A stretch of 64,000 nucleotides of DNA from Lama guanicoe (lineage: Eukaryota). The notes beneath the pieces are model-generated. The model had not been told where the DNA came from and ran no database searches. It saw only the letters and a program-made list of their open reading frames with translations. Both the position numbers and the translations under genes were made by a program. Below, in pieces: positions 21,970 through 33,991 of the stretch (position 1 is the first letter of the stretch; the number at the start of each line of letters is the position of its first letter). The stretch covers positions 20,419,082 to 20,483,081 of the forward strand of contig MU054323.1 of NCBI GenBank assembly GCA_013239625.1, written 5' to 3'.

Positions 21970-23914
21970 TTGTGTGCAAAAGAGGGGCGTAAAAATCATA
22001 TATTTTAAATCAAAAGAGTCAGAATCAAGGTCATTAAAAATGGGGTTTCTGGGAGAACCCCCTTTGGTTATGAACGCCAAGGCTTTATTTTTAAAAGTAA
22101 AAGATTGTTCAGTTTGAGTATTGAAGCCTCAGTGTCTGTTTTGGAACAGCAGGATTTTTAAAACTTGGATTTAAAAATGTCACATAAATTGCTCAAAAAC
22201 ATCCTCCACTCTTTACATAAAGCTCACATTCTTGTCACTGTGGTGTCAATAGAAACAGCACCTTATAGCCCAAAGCTGATGTCTGGAGGGTGAGGGTGGG
22301 CAGGGAGTAAGTCCTTTAAGAGGCATTAGGCCTCTTTCCCTGAGCAGACGGGCAGTTCTTAGACAGAAGGCGTCTCTCAGAGACAGAGACCCTCTGCCCA
22401 CCTCTTCTGTGTTGAGTTAGGCTTGGTCCTCCCAGATTGCTGACCCCTGAGTGACCCTTCCAAATCCAGATAATCCTTTGAGGGACAACCTACCATCCCA
22501 TCACCAGCAGCTCCATCAGAGTCTGGAAATGTCCTGGGCTGGGATGAAGGGAAGCCGAGGCCCCTTGGGACTGTCCCCCTCAGCAGTAGAGAAGGTCTTT
22601 CAGGTCTGGTGTGAGGTCTGGCAGAGATGCCCCAGGCCAGGGAGTCAGGAGGGTCTTTTTTCTTTCCCAAATTGAGATTGTTGAAGGAAGAGGGACTTCA
22701 CTGAGAACCAGCCCGGATTAAAATCTGCTTTATTCTTTTGGGGTCTATTCTGCCTATCAGAGGCGCTCCACAGGGATGGCTGAAAACGGCGCAGGGGTAT
22801 CACAACGGGAATGGAACCATATGAGGGAGGATAAACCCCAGAGAATCCGAAGCTGTTCCCAGACAGGGGAGTCGACTAGAGGAAAGATCAACAGAGACAA
22901 ACTTAATCCTTGTCCTCAGAGAGACCTGCCCATTGGGCTTTAGCAAAAGCCTCTGTGCTTTTTCTCTGTTCCTGGAGAACTTAGACAAAATAGCCTTGAG
23001 CCCCACGAGCCAGGGGAGCAGAAGGCCCTCCCCAGACTGGACCGGGGCCTTTGTGGGTCTGATGAGTTCTGAGTCTGGAGGGACTGAGAGGGGCTGGCAA
23101 CTGGGAACAAGGGCTGTTGGGGAAGGGAGGCTTCAGAGTGTCTTCAGCACTGGGAAGAACCTTTGAGATCATCTCATTCAATCTCTTCACTCTGGGGGAT
23201 GAATGCTGAGGAACAGAGAGGGCAAGACCTGCCTATGTCACACAGGACCTGTCACATTTCAAATGCAGGATTCCTGACTCCCAGTCAAATCCTTTTCCCA
23301 AATCCTCACCCTGAGTGGGAGTTTCGGTTTTGATTTTTGTTCGCTCGCTCATTCATTCGTGTGTTTCTTAAATAGCAGCTTTGTGCCCTGCCGTGGGTAA
23401 GATCTGTGGAAGCGTCAGAGGAAACTCACCATGTTACCTTTGCACCTCAGGAATTTAAAGTCTAAACACACACATGCACACACACACGTGTGCACAAGAA
23501 CATGCATGCACATGCAAATACACACACACAATGAAGTTGTGATAGAGAGCAGTACATAGTCTCTCATAGTCACAGTGACCTTACGGACACAAAGTGTTAC
23601 AGGAGATCAAAGCATGAGGAATGGCGTGTGCTGGGGTGGGGACCGCTCTAATGCTCAAAGAGCACATCTGACCTGTCCCTCAGAGATAGTGTATTTTATG
23701 TGTCTGCAACTCTCCCCAGGCCCTGGCTTGCACATTGCCAGGATCGTTGGGATGGAATTGATTTGAATTGAAATGGAGCTTAGCTAAGTGTAAGGACAAG
23801 AGATGACCCAGGTAGTGAGTACATCAGAAAAGTGGGGGAGGGAGGAAGGTGCATGAAAAAGGTGAGAAAGAGAAGGGCATTCTGGGTTGAAGGAATAGCT
23901 AAAGGATAACATTA

Positions 23915-24140
23915 GCCATCATTTATTGATGCATCAGACGCTAAGTAATTTAAGTTTATATACATGGTCTCATTTAGTCCCCATGGTAAGCAAATGTGAT
24001 GGTGCCATTATTATCCCCAAATTATAGATGGGGACACAGGCACAGACAGAATAAGTAACTGTTCTAATTAGGAAATAGCAGACTTGGAACTCAAATGCAG
24101 GTGTTCTGGCTTCAGAGTCTACCCGGCTCTGAGCTGTGTG
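23915..24140 (-). mobile_element. MIR SINE
   Basis: ccattattatccccaaattatagatggggacacaggcacaga...ggaactcaaatgcaggtgttctggcttcagagtct. Confidence 0.75.
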
Positions 24141-24284
24141 AGAGGGCTTCTGTGTGCTCAAACGGGATAGCATTGTTTGGATAAAAATGAACATTCCTCT
24201 CAAGAGTACGGGAGGGGAGACCTGTGGAAGTATAAAGTGGTCTAAGCATTGAGAAAAATGAGGTGGCAACGTGTGTAGAAAGAG

Positions 24285-24465
24285 CGTTAAGGGCATGCAC
24301 AGTCTTTGACCCCGTATTTTCACTTCCAGAAATGTATCCAAAGGAAATAATCAGAAATGGGCAGGAAGCTGTACAGTTGGAAATGACCTAAATGTTGTTC
24401 AATGGGGATTGATTAAATAAATTGGTAGCATATTTATACAGCAAAATATTATGCAGGCTTTAAAA
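24285..24465 (+). mobile_element. L1ME fragment (ORF2 end/3' UTR)
   Basis: ctttgacccc...cacttccagaaatgtatccaaaggaaataatcaga...acctaaatgt...ttaaataaattgg. Confidence 0.7.
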
Positions 24466-25867
24466 ATTAAAAATCACCTTTGCTCCTCTTTGGTCTGTGT
24501 CTTAAGGGTGCTTTGAGGAAATAAGAGAGAGGTCTGTGAAAAGAAGCAGGGGTGAGCCCCTCTGTCAGGAGAGTAAGATGCTGGAGCTGGGACCCCTGGA
24601 TAGTTCTGGGGGAGGCAGGGAGGCCAGGCAGAGGTGAGGCCCACAGAGGGGGAGTGAGACTTGGCTCCAAATAATCATGGCGCAGGGGAGGGGTTGCAGC
24701 CCGCCAGCAGCCAGCCTGGGCCCTGGCACTGGCTCCAGTCTCTGGGTTTAAAGAGCTTTAAAAGCTTATTAAAAAGGTTCCTTAGACATCAAATGGCTCT
24801 TAAAAATCAATATTTTGATGGTTTAAGCACAAGAGAATCAGAAACATATGGATCAAATTGCCCTCGAATTATACACACTTAAAAAAAAAATGTGTTGGTC
24901 TTTAGCAAGCCCCAAATATTTGAAAAACAGATAGAGACATTTTCCTCATCTCCAGACAGAGCTCAGCTAGGTCAACTTGAAGAGTCCAAAGAGGGGGTAA
25001 GTGGGAATGGGGCAGGTTCAGAGGGAGACATGAGGAAATTCCTCCAGCTGGAGCCTTCTCATAAGCAGGGCTGCAGGGGTCAACTGTGTGTGTGAAACTG
25101 TGTGTGTGTGTGTGTGCGTGTATGTGCACATAAGCATATATGAATGAACATGGGTGCACATTCTCCCCTGGGTCTGCCCAGACCCTCCTGAGCTGACTTC
25201 CCACGGCCAGCTTCATCCCTCTGTGTCCTGGCCACATATTTGTATCTGTGTGTTCAGTACTATCTCCGTAAGCAGCCTGGGACCTCCTGTAGTGGGTGTG
25301 GTGCTGCTCATCCCTGGAAGCTTCAAGCTGGGACAGACACGGGCATCACCTAGCCCAGAGGTGATCCAGGATTCCTCAGCTCTGAGCTCGGTCTGCAAAG
25401 GAAATCTTAGGGATGAAGCCCAGTGTGGAACCAATAAGACTGAAGCTACTATGGCCTGTTTCTTTCCTATAGAATGCCTGGGCTCTGAGAGCAGAGATCT
25501 CAGCCCAAATCCTCATTTTACAGAGAAGGATACTGAGGCTTAAAGCAGGAGGACCTACGGCACATGAGCAGAGCCAGAGGAAAAGCTATCATACGTGTCA
25601 GTTCAGCATATCTCAGTCCAAACCAATGCTTATTTACTGGCCCCTCCCCTTCCTTCTGCCCCAGCACAAAGTCCTGCTTGGGCTGATGGGTGGCAGAGCC
25701 CAGGGGACCTTGGTGCCCGTCTTTAGGTGACAGAAGAGGTTGTGGAGATGACTCTGGCTGTGCGGGGCCTCTCCCGTCCTTAATTCCCCCTCTGGGTGAA
25801 GGTAGCTGGGTTGGGAGTAGGGAGCTCCCGCTTTTGAAATCTGCTTCTGGAGCCTTAAGAAGGAGAT

Positions 25868-25962
25868 GGGGGGAGGGTGATACAGGCTCAGTGGTAGAGT
25901 ACATGCTTAGCATGCACGAGGTCCTTGGTTCTATCACCAGTACCTCCATTTAAAAAAAAAAA
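25868..25962 (+). mobile_element. Camelid tRNA-Ala-derived SINE, short form with poly(A)
   Basis: ggggggagggtgatacaggctcagtggtagagtacatgcttagcatgcacgaggtccttggttctatcaccagtacctcca followed by an A-tail. Probable TSD aagaaggag (25857-25865, 25964-25972). Confidence 0.88.
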
Positions 25963-27437
25963 GAAGAAGGAGGAGGAAGAGGGGACAGGCTACACCTAGA
26001 GGTCTAGACTGAGGACAAAATAGCTCCAGAGGAAACAGGATGGGGACCAGCTGGTTTCCCATCTCCAGCCCCTCTAGCCTGTGTGGTTTAGGCCTTTCAT
26101 GGTCCCCCCACCCAGCTGTCCAAGGGAGAGGCCTGGGTGGGAGCCCAGTGCATGGGAAGGGATGGTGTGATGCAGCAGGCCCCTGGGGCGTCCCTGGGGC
26201 ACCCCACCTCCCTGGCTAGACCATTTCTGGGCTGGGAGTTGGCCTTCCTCATTTGGACCCCCTGAGCCTCCATTTCTCTTGTCCCAAGGAATGTGCTGGG
26301 TCCCAGGCTTTGTAACACCTCCAAAGGACAAGGGGCTAGTTCTCTGTTCTTGCCTCAAGGATGCTTGGGGAGCAGTGGCCTTTGTCAGACGTGGGGGCTC
26401 ACCGGCCCATTAGGCAGGCTCTAGTTGTCTCCTCTGCCTCTCCACCCCCACCAGCGCCGCCAAGGAGGCTTGGTAATTATTGCAATGATTTCCACCTCGG
26501 TGGGCAGGTCTCATTGGCCAGAACTGAGGCTTGGGGCACTCTCCCCACCCCATATACAGAGGGGCTGAGGAGTGGGGAGGAGGAGGGGGAGGGAATATCA
26601 GCAACAGAAATGAGGGAGAGATGGACGGGGTGGGCAAGGGTACCAAAGCGGATGGGCAACCTGCTGCGTCCGAGTCTGGCTGAGCACAGGACTGTGGGAC
26701 AGGGCGGACCTCTAGCAGCCTGCCACTGCAGCATCGCCATCATTAGGAAGCCGAGCGAGGAAAACTGGCCATGTCAGCTGCCATGTAGATTCTTTACAGC
26801 CCTGTCCTCGAGGCTTTCTTCCAGCAGTGCCTGGCTGAAGTAGGGGAGACCACGTGAAAAATGGGATTGCATTGAGGTCTGGGAGGAGAGCGTCCATGGG
26901 GAGCAAACTGAGGTCCCAAGGCCTTGCCTGACTTCCATGGAGTGACTCAGAGAAGCTGAGGCCTGGCGACAGATCCCTGAGGACCACCACCCCCTTGGCT
27001 GGAACAATTCGCATGCAGCCTGAAAAATGCAAAAAGGAAAATGAGAAGGGAAGTAAATTCTCTTTTCAACAGCACAGAAAGGACAGGGAGTAGAAAACGA
27101 CACCAGCTCAAGGTTCCTCTTTCCGGACATGTGCTTCTCCCTGTCACCTCTGTGCCCTGGAGACTCCACACAGAGAGAAACGAAAGACTGGAGATCCAGC
27201 TCCCTGGTCGGACCAGGCATCTGGGCCTTGCAGAAGCAACGTGTAGTCCAGCTATGGAATCTGATTTATTATTTTTTTAAGTTTGGGCTGTTTTCTATCC
27301 AGGCCAGGGCTGGGAGGGAAAAGCCCCGAGCATCCTGCTCAGCTTGTCCTACTGGAGGGAGTCTGATGGAGGAGAAAACACAAATGGGAGGGGAGGCCTG
27401 GAAGTTGACCTGGTTCTACCTACCTGAGCTATGTGGC

Positions 27438-27780
27438 CGCTCATTTCTTTACTCATTTCACAAACATTTATTGAGCACTTACTGTGTGCTCGGCACTATC
27501 CCGGGAGCTGGGATAAAGGTGGTGAATGAAACAGACTCAAGCCCTTCCCTCCAGAAGGTGAGAGTCTGGCTAGCAAGACAGACTTCAGATAAACACACAG
27601 GAAATCAGAAGGGAACAGAGGGATTGCCGGCAGAGCTCTTCAGACGGGAGTTCAGACAGGTCCTCTCGGAGGGACAGTGTTTAAGCTGCGACCTCACAGA
27701 TAAGAACGAGCTAGCCACATAGAGATCTGAGGAAAGACAGAGATCCAGGGAGGAGGCAGCCTGTGCAGTGGCTGGAGTGA
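27438..27780 (-). mobile_element. L2 3' end
   Basis: tcatttcacaaacatttattgagcacttactgtgtgctcggcact...ggtgaatgaaacagac. Confidence 0.85.
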
Positions 27781-30700
27781 GGCCCTCCATCCCTCGCCAA
27801 GCCTCCGTTTCCCTGTTTGCAGCGGGGAGGCTGACACCTCACGGACTTTGGTGAGGGATCAGGGGAGAAGGACGTGTCTGGTCAGACTCAGCGGCCGTTG
27901 GATTCTGTTCCCATGTTTATGGCAAGATGGCTGCCCCCTCCTCTTCTTCCACAGGGAGGCACCACCATCCTCATCCTCCTTAAAAAGTAAACCACTCTGG
28001 GGGGGTTGTCTCTCAGCCTTATCAGCTCCCACTTCTTAGTCTGAATTCAGTAACCAGGATCTATCAGGAGGCCAGATTGCATAGATAGACAAGTGCTTGG
28101 ACCTGAGACAGAATTGGGGAGAAGAGACCGGGTCTTCCTGACAGGAACCCCTTGGGGATGCCCCAGTGTGTGGCATGGTGTCTGGAACAGAGCAGGAGCT
28201 CTGTATAGGTTTGCTGAGTGAGTCAACATACTTTCCCCACAACCTAACCCGCAGAATAGAGTCTTCTGGGCAAGGAGAGTTCTCTGGGGTCCCTACTCCC
28301 TACCCTGTCCTTTTTCTTGCTTCAGTTCTTCTTTCTAGTCTTCCCCCAACTTTTCTTGCCAGCTTTCTGTCATACTAATGTTCCCACTTTCCCGTGGACA
28401 CTTGGCTGGGCCAGAGGGATCGCGTGCGTGTGTGCGGGCACGCGGGCTGTGAGGGGGCTGGAGACAAAGGCCCCAGAGTGAGATTCAGGGCACAGCTGAA
28501 CTGCCCTGAACTTTCTTTTTTGTTTTCAAGGAAATGCATAATCCAAGAACCACCCACGGCCCTGGCGGCCCTGCTAAGCAGGGCTGGAATGTGCTGCCTT
28601 TCCCGTTAGTAATTGTTTTTTCTGGTTAGCCTGTAACCCTTCCCCTGCCATTCCCGGTCGCTGGGGCAAGTCCCTCCCTTTGGGGCATCAGCAGAGCTGG
28701 GGTGGACACCTAGGCTGCCCTCTTCCAGGTTTCTCCAAACTCTCCTGCCCCACCCCCCAGGCCATGGCCAATGGGGTCGAGGACCTGACCTTGGCATTGC
28801 ATCACAGACCATCTGCCAGCACAGTGATTCCTTCCCCACCTCGCTGTTTGCCTCTGCTCTCGCAAGAGGTGCTGGGGGCTGCCAACGACTGGTGGACCCT
28901 AGAGGGCAGCCCAGTTTTGCCTGGGGCTGACTGGCCTTTGTTATAGTGGCTGTGTGTCCCACTGTGGCCACGTCCATGATTGTGAGTGGGTGTTGGTACA
29001 AGCCTGTGGAAGAATGTGAGTGTGTGGGTGGCTGTGATCTGGGACACCAAGGGCCCACTTGTGGCCTCAGTGTGCGTGTGCGTGTGCGTGTGCATGTGTG
29101 TGTGTGTCCTGGGCGGGAAAAGAGGCTTGCTCCAGAGCTGACTCAGCATTTCTCTTTCCCACCCACCCTGAGCCTTTCCCCAGGAAGGAGGCAACACTCT
29201 TGATCCCTGTGTTTCTGCCATGGGCTATCCCACCCCTACCAAAAGGGGGGGACAAACAGCACCCTGGGCCCTGTCCCAGTTCAGTCCTTGTCTCTAATCC
29301 TTGGGACTCAAGAGGTCAGAGGTTTGCCCTATTTCCCTACCCTCCCAGCAGGGCCCTGCATCCTCTGGTCCTCGGGGACCTGGAGCCCTCTGGCTGCATG
29401 TCCTGAGGTGGCTGTAGCTCACGGCCAGGCTTCTGCTTAGATGGAGGTGGCCTCTGCAGAGTAAGAAGAGGCACTGGGGTGCCCCTTGCTGCACCTCAAT
29501 ACCGCCTCTCTCCACAGTGACTGCAGCTGGCTCATCCTCAGATGGGCTTAACATATACCGCTTTTCATTCTTGGAATGAACACTGCCGCCCCGGGTAGGG
29601 AGTGGGCGCCTGGGAGGACTGGTCCGTGCCTGCGAGAGTGGGAGCTCAGGATCACGGAGGGGCTGGGAAGTCAGGCGGGTGCGGAGAGCGGGGGCTGCTC
29701 CTCCAGCCTCGCCCGACAAAGTCTCAGGTCGCAGCCTTAGGGTAGAGGCCTGCCTGTGCCCTGAGCAGCTGGCAGGAGAGGCAGTGCCAAGGCCCGGTCC
29801 AGTGTGGCCACTGAACATTTGGTGCGAATCAAAGGCTTTTTCCAGCCAGGAGAGGAATGCTGCCGAGCGGGGTTTGGGAACAGGCCTGGCAGGGCAAACA
29901 CTGCCCTAATTGAGGCCCTTCTAGACTTTTAATTACAAGCAGTGTTTTCCCTAGCTTCCTAAATTGACCGTGGAGACCCGCTGGTGTTATTGCCCATGCC
30001 AGGGACAGGGAAAAAAAAATGTTGTTAAAGCTTTTTCAGCAAGGTTTATTTTAGCCATGTTTTGAGGTGGAAGAGCTCACACCAGTGGAAGCCAGAGCCA
30101 TTTTTCTCAGAAGGCCTCCTCCAGACACAGAGAGACGAACGCCCACAGGTGTGATCAGACACTCAGATAGAACACGCAAACACAGACAGACACCTGTAGA
30201 GAAAGACACAGGTACAGACAGACGCAGTCATGGGGACGCGGCTGCAGATGCTGTAAACACAAGGCTGGAAATCCAACCCAAGCACCCGGAGCATTTGAGA
30301 AAGAAAACATTGTTCCTGGCTCCGCCCGATCCATACCTCCGCCTCCATCTCCTCCCAACCTGCAGGCTGGCTGGGCCTGGGCCTGCTTCAGTGCCCCTAT
30401 CCCCTTCGCAAGGCCTGTTTCCAAGGCCCAGGACAGACTGCAAACCCACAGCTGGGTGTTCCTTATGCCAGAGACACCTTTGTCCTGCTCTTGTCCCAGG
30501 CCCCAGGGAACGTGCCTGTCTGGGAAGGAAGGCCGTGTTCTTGTCTGTGGAAAAGAGGACACAACATCAACACCCCAGCTGAATTCTTGGGGCGTCTTCC
30601 AAGAGAAACATCCATAGGGTTCTGGAGGCAGCCGGTCCAGGTTATAGATGCAGAAAACAGAGGTGCCGCTGGACACATGAGTGCTGAGCTCTGCTTATGT

Positions 30701-31938
30701 CCAAGCATCCCCTGGATTCCAGGACTCTTTTCAGGCAACAAAATCTGGATCCCCATGGCTGGGGCCCCAGGAGTCTGCATTTTATACCATTGCTCACCAC
30801 GGTATCTTGAACACTGGAAGTAATCAGTCTGTTTGCTGAGTCGGTGAATGGCTAATGCTGGGCTCTGGGGGGGCCTGACAGCTCTGAAGGACACAGTACG
30901 TTCCCCACAACGTGGGTGATCTGAGAGAGAAGCCCCCAAGGACCCCTGCCACCTTCTTCCCGTTCCCTTCCCTTCCATGCTGTGGCTCTGGACACCCAGG
31001 CAGGCTCTAGAATCCCTTCCTAGTGTTCAGCTACGAGCGCAGGCATGGTGCACAGTGGAAATGGGCAAGGGGAGGGCTCCTAAATGGGAGGGAGGCCAGA
31101 GACAACTATGCCTGTCATCTTGCCAAGGGTCCCCTTGGGCTGGGGAGCGCCTGGACAGGGCAGGAGGCCAGAGGCCAGGAGCAGAGGGAGGCCCTTTAGC
31201 TGGCGCTTGGGCGGGGTGAGCCTCAGTGGCCGTTACAGGCCGTTGCTATCATCCCTTATCTGGGGCTCCTGGCTCTTACACCACGTCCCCAACCACCCCT
31301 GGAGTCGGGGGCCCCTGCTGCTCCCTCCCCAAACAGACCGTTACTGGGTTTCCGTTGTTTGGGGGGGGGGGTGAGGAGCTGTCTGCTTAATTAATCATTT
31401 TAGGCCACCCTGGGAAACTCATTAAGCCACCTCAGGGCTTGGAGCAGGAACGCTGCTCTCAAAAGTTGGAACTTTCTGATCTGCCCCATTGGGGTCCACT
31501 TTCCTTTCCACTCATGTGCACACACGTGCATGAGAGCGCCTGTGTGCACGTGTGAATGTGTGTGTGAGAGAGAGAGCCAGCGTGCCCTGGTATCCACGAT
31601 TGTGTGTGTGTTTGCGTTTCCTAGATTCTACAAGGAACTTCCCCTGATTCTTCTTAATTACCAGCCAAGAAGAAATTCAAGATGCTGAGAGCAAAGGTCA
31701 AACTCCACCTGTTTTCCCTGCACTTCATTTTCTGGCAGTTCCCACAATAGTACAGATAAGTAAAAGATTAAGGCAATCTTTTCTAATTAAAGTAATTAAA
31801 AAACGGCGATGATTGCACCTTTCATCTGAAAGGGAAAATATTTACTCATCCAAACTGCAGGCCCTTAAAAGCATTCAGGAGGTCTATTTTGACAAACGGA
31901 TCCTCCTCCCCTCCCCCAGCCCATTCTCTCTCCTCCGG

Positions 31939-31960
31939 GACACACACACACACACACACA
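31939..31960. repeat. (CA)n microsatellite
   Basis: Directly visible. Confidence 0.9.
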
Positions 31961-33874
31961 AAGGCAGGTTTATTTAACAAGAGGTGGCCTGACAGGGGCA
32001 TCCTAAAAGCTGGGCAGGAGGATGGGAGCCTGTAGCAAGTTTAGAGCAAGTGGACAGTTCAGCTGAATCCTTGCCAGGCTCTGCAGGGATTTCAGGGCTA
32101 TAGGGGTTTTGATTTGACGAATCGATATTTTACTGTTGTACCTTCTTCCCCCAGGGGCACCCCCCAAGGGCCCCCTGACTCCCTCTGAACAGCTCTCCTC
32201 TCTTTTGGCCTCTTCCCTCTGAACTAGCTGGCATGAAGAGCTCAAAATGAAAGGCTGGATGTAGCCTGTGCATCTGCCCATCTTTCCATCTTTGTGATCA
32301 ACATGCCAGAATTAAGTTGCCTCTGTGCTTGACATCAACGCTGAAGGGGCCCTTTGGGGATGTGTGACATGGCCCCTGCCCTCAAGAAGCACATCTAATA
32401 ACCTTTTAAGTGAAAAGCAAACTGCCCTTGGCTCCCCCAGGAGAAATCAAACAGAATGCAGGCTGCAGCATTTTACTTTGAGTTTTTGAGGCAAGTATAC
32501 TCACCTAGTTTCCTGGTGAGTGGAGTTTGATCTCAAAAATTGCAACGTTTCCCTGGCTAGGGAGTCCTTCCTGTGACACGTGGCAGTGGGGACAGAGGTG
32601 CCCTGACATCCCAAGGGCCAGGACTCTAGGGGCTGGGGTCTTTGGGGGAGTAGGAGATATGACCGCCTCCGTCCTGTGACCTGAAGTTGACCCAATCTCT
32701 GCCCCATACCGCCCTCCTCCTCGTCCGCACTGCCAGGAGACAGGACATGCTTTGGAGCTGGTGCAGCTAGAGTTTAAAGCAGCCATGATGGGATAATCCC
32801 ACTTAGAGGCTGTTTCTGAATCCTCAGAATATGACATGAAGAAAAATTCTGGGGTCCAGCTCCAGGAACGTCCGGGCCCAGCTGTCCCCTGAGAAGGTCC
32901 TGGTGGCCTCTGCCTGTCCAGGCGGGGCTAGACAGTGTCCTCAGCATGACCCATAGCCCTCAGCTGTCCTCCCTGCAGAGGCATGGCTTCAAGGAGCCAG
33001 CGTGGGCAGATCCGTTTCTGCAGGGAGCCTGCAGTCCAGGAGGGCTGGGTGAAGAAAGTGGATGACATCTGTGCATGTGTGCGCATGTGCGTGCCATGTG
33101 TCCATCCTGTTTGTGGATAGTTTTACTTGGTATCCAGAACGGACTCACCAGAGACTGGGTCCAAGCCTAGAGGGTTCTCCCTGTCCCACAAGCTCACTCA
33201 GTGTCAACCATCTTTGGACTCTGGACTCTGGCAACAACATCTCAAAACCTCGCTCTTTTCTGGTCTTGCCTGGAGTGACAGCTCTCATTGTACTTCTCTG
33301 CGTGGTCACTGGAAATGGCTTCCTCCTTCTGGGAAGCAGATTCACCAGCACATCTAAAGCAGAGGGTTCCTGCAGCCCACCTAACATCTCAGGGGGCTTG
33401 ATTCAGGCCTGATCCCAGCTGCTGGTCCCAGGCATCAGGGGAGCCTGTGAGATGCTGTGAAAGCTGCAGGTTCTCTCTCCGGGGTACTGTTGACCTAAAT
33501 GTGCCCATGTGTCCACCACACAAAGGTGCAGGGATCCTGGGTGCCCGTACCCAGAGCCCAGGTTGGGAGCTTTGGTCCCTCCCACAGGCCCAGCTGCCAG
33601 CTTTGTCTCCAGGCTGCTCTCACCTTGTCCTCCTTCTAACCTCAGCCTAACCCTTCCCAGGAGCTGCAGTGCCAGCCCCTTGGCCGAGAGCCTGAACTGG
33701 GCAGGTGGCCCTCAGTGGCCAGGCTCCATCCGTTGAATTGTGTTTGACCAGCCTACGCATCTGGTGATGAACTTGCTGGGTGGAAACAGTCCCTGGGGGA
33801 CTGGAATCCTTGTTGCAAAAATAAATTTTCCCTCAAAACCTAGCTTTTCTTATCTTGCTTTTTCTGCATTCAGG

Positions 33875-33991
33875 GTTTTTTTTCTTTCTTTGTTTCTTTT
33901 CTTCTTCTTCTTCTTCTTTTTTTTTTTTTTTTTTTTTTTTTTCTTTTCTTCTTCTTCTTCTTCTTCTTCTTCTTCTTTTTTTTTTTTTTTT
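33875..33991. repeat. Compound (TTC)n / poly(T) polypyrimidine tract
   Basis: Structure (TTC)n-Tn-(TTC)n-Tn, nearly pure pyrimidine over >100 bp. Confidence 0.95.

Noticed and set aside
27129..27722. 197-aa ORF
   Set aside because: The second half is antisense L2 sequence (SFHKHLLSTYCVLGT is the typical L2 read-through). No domain recognised.
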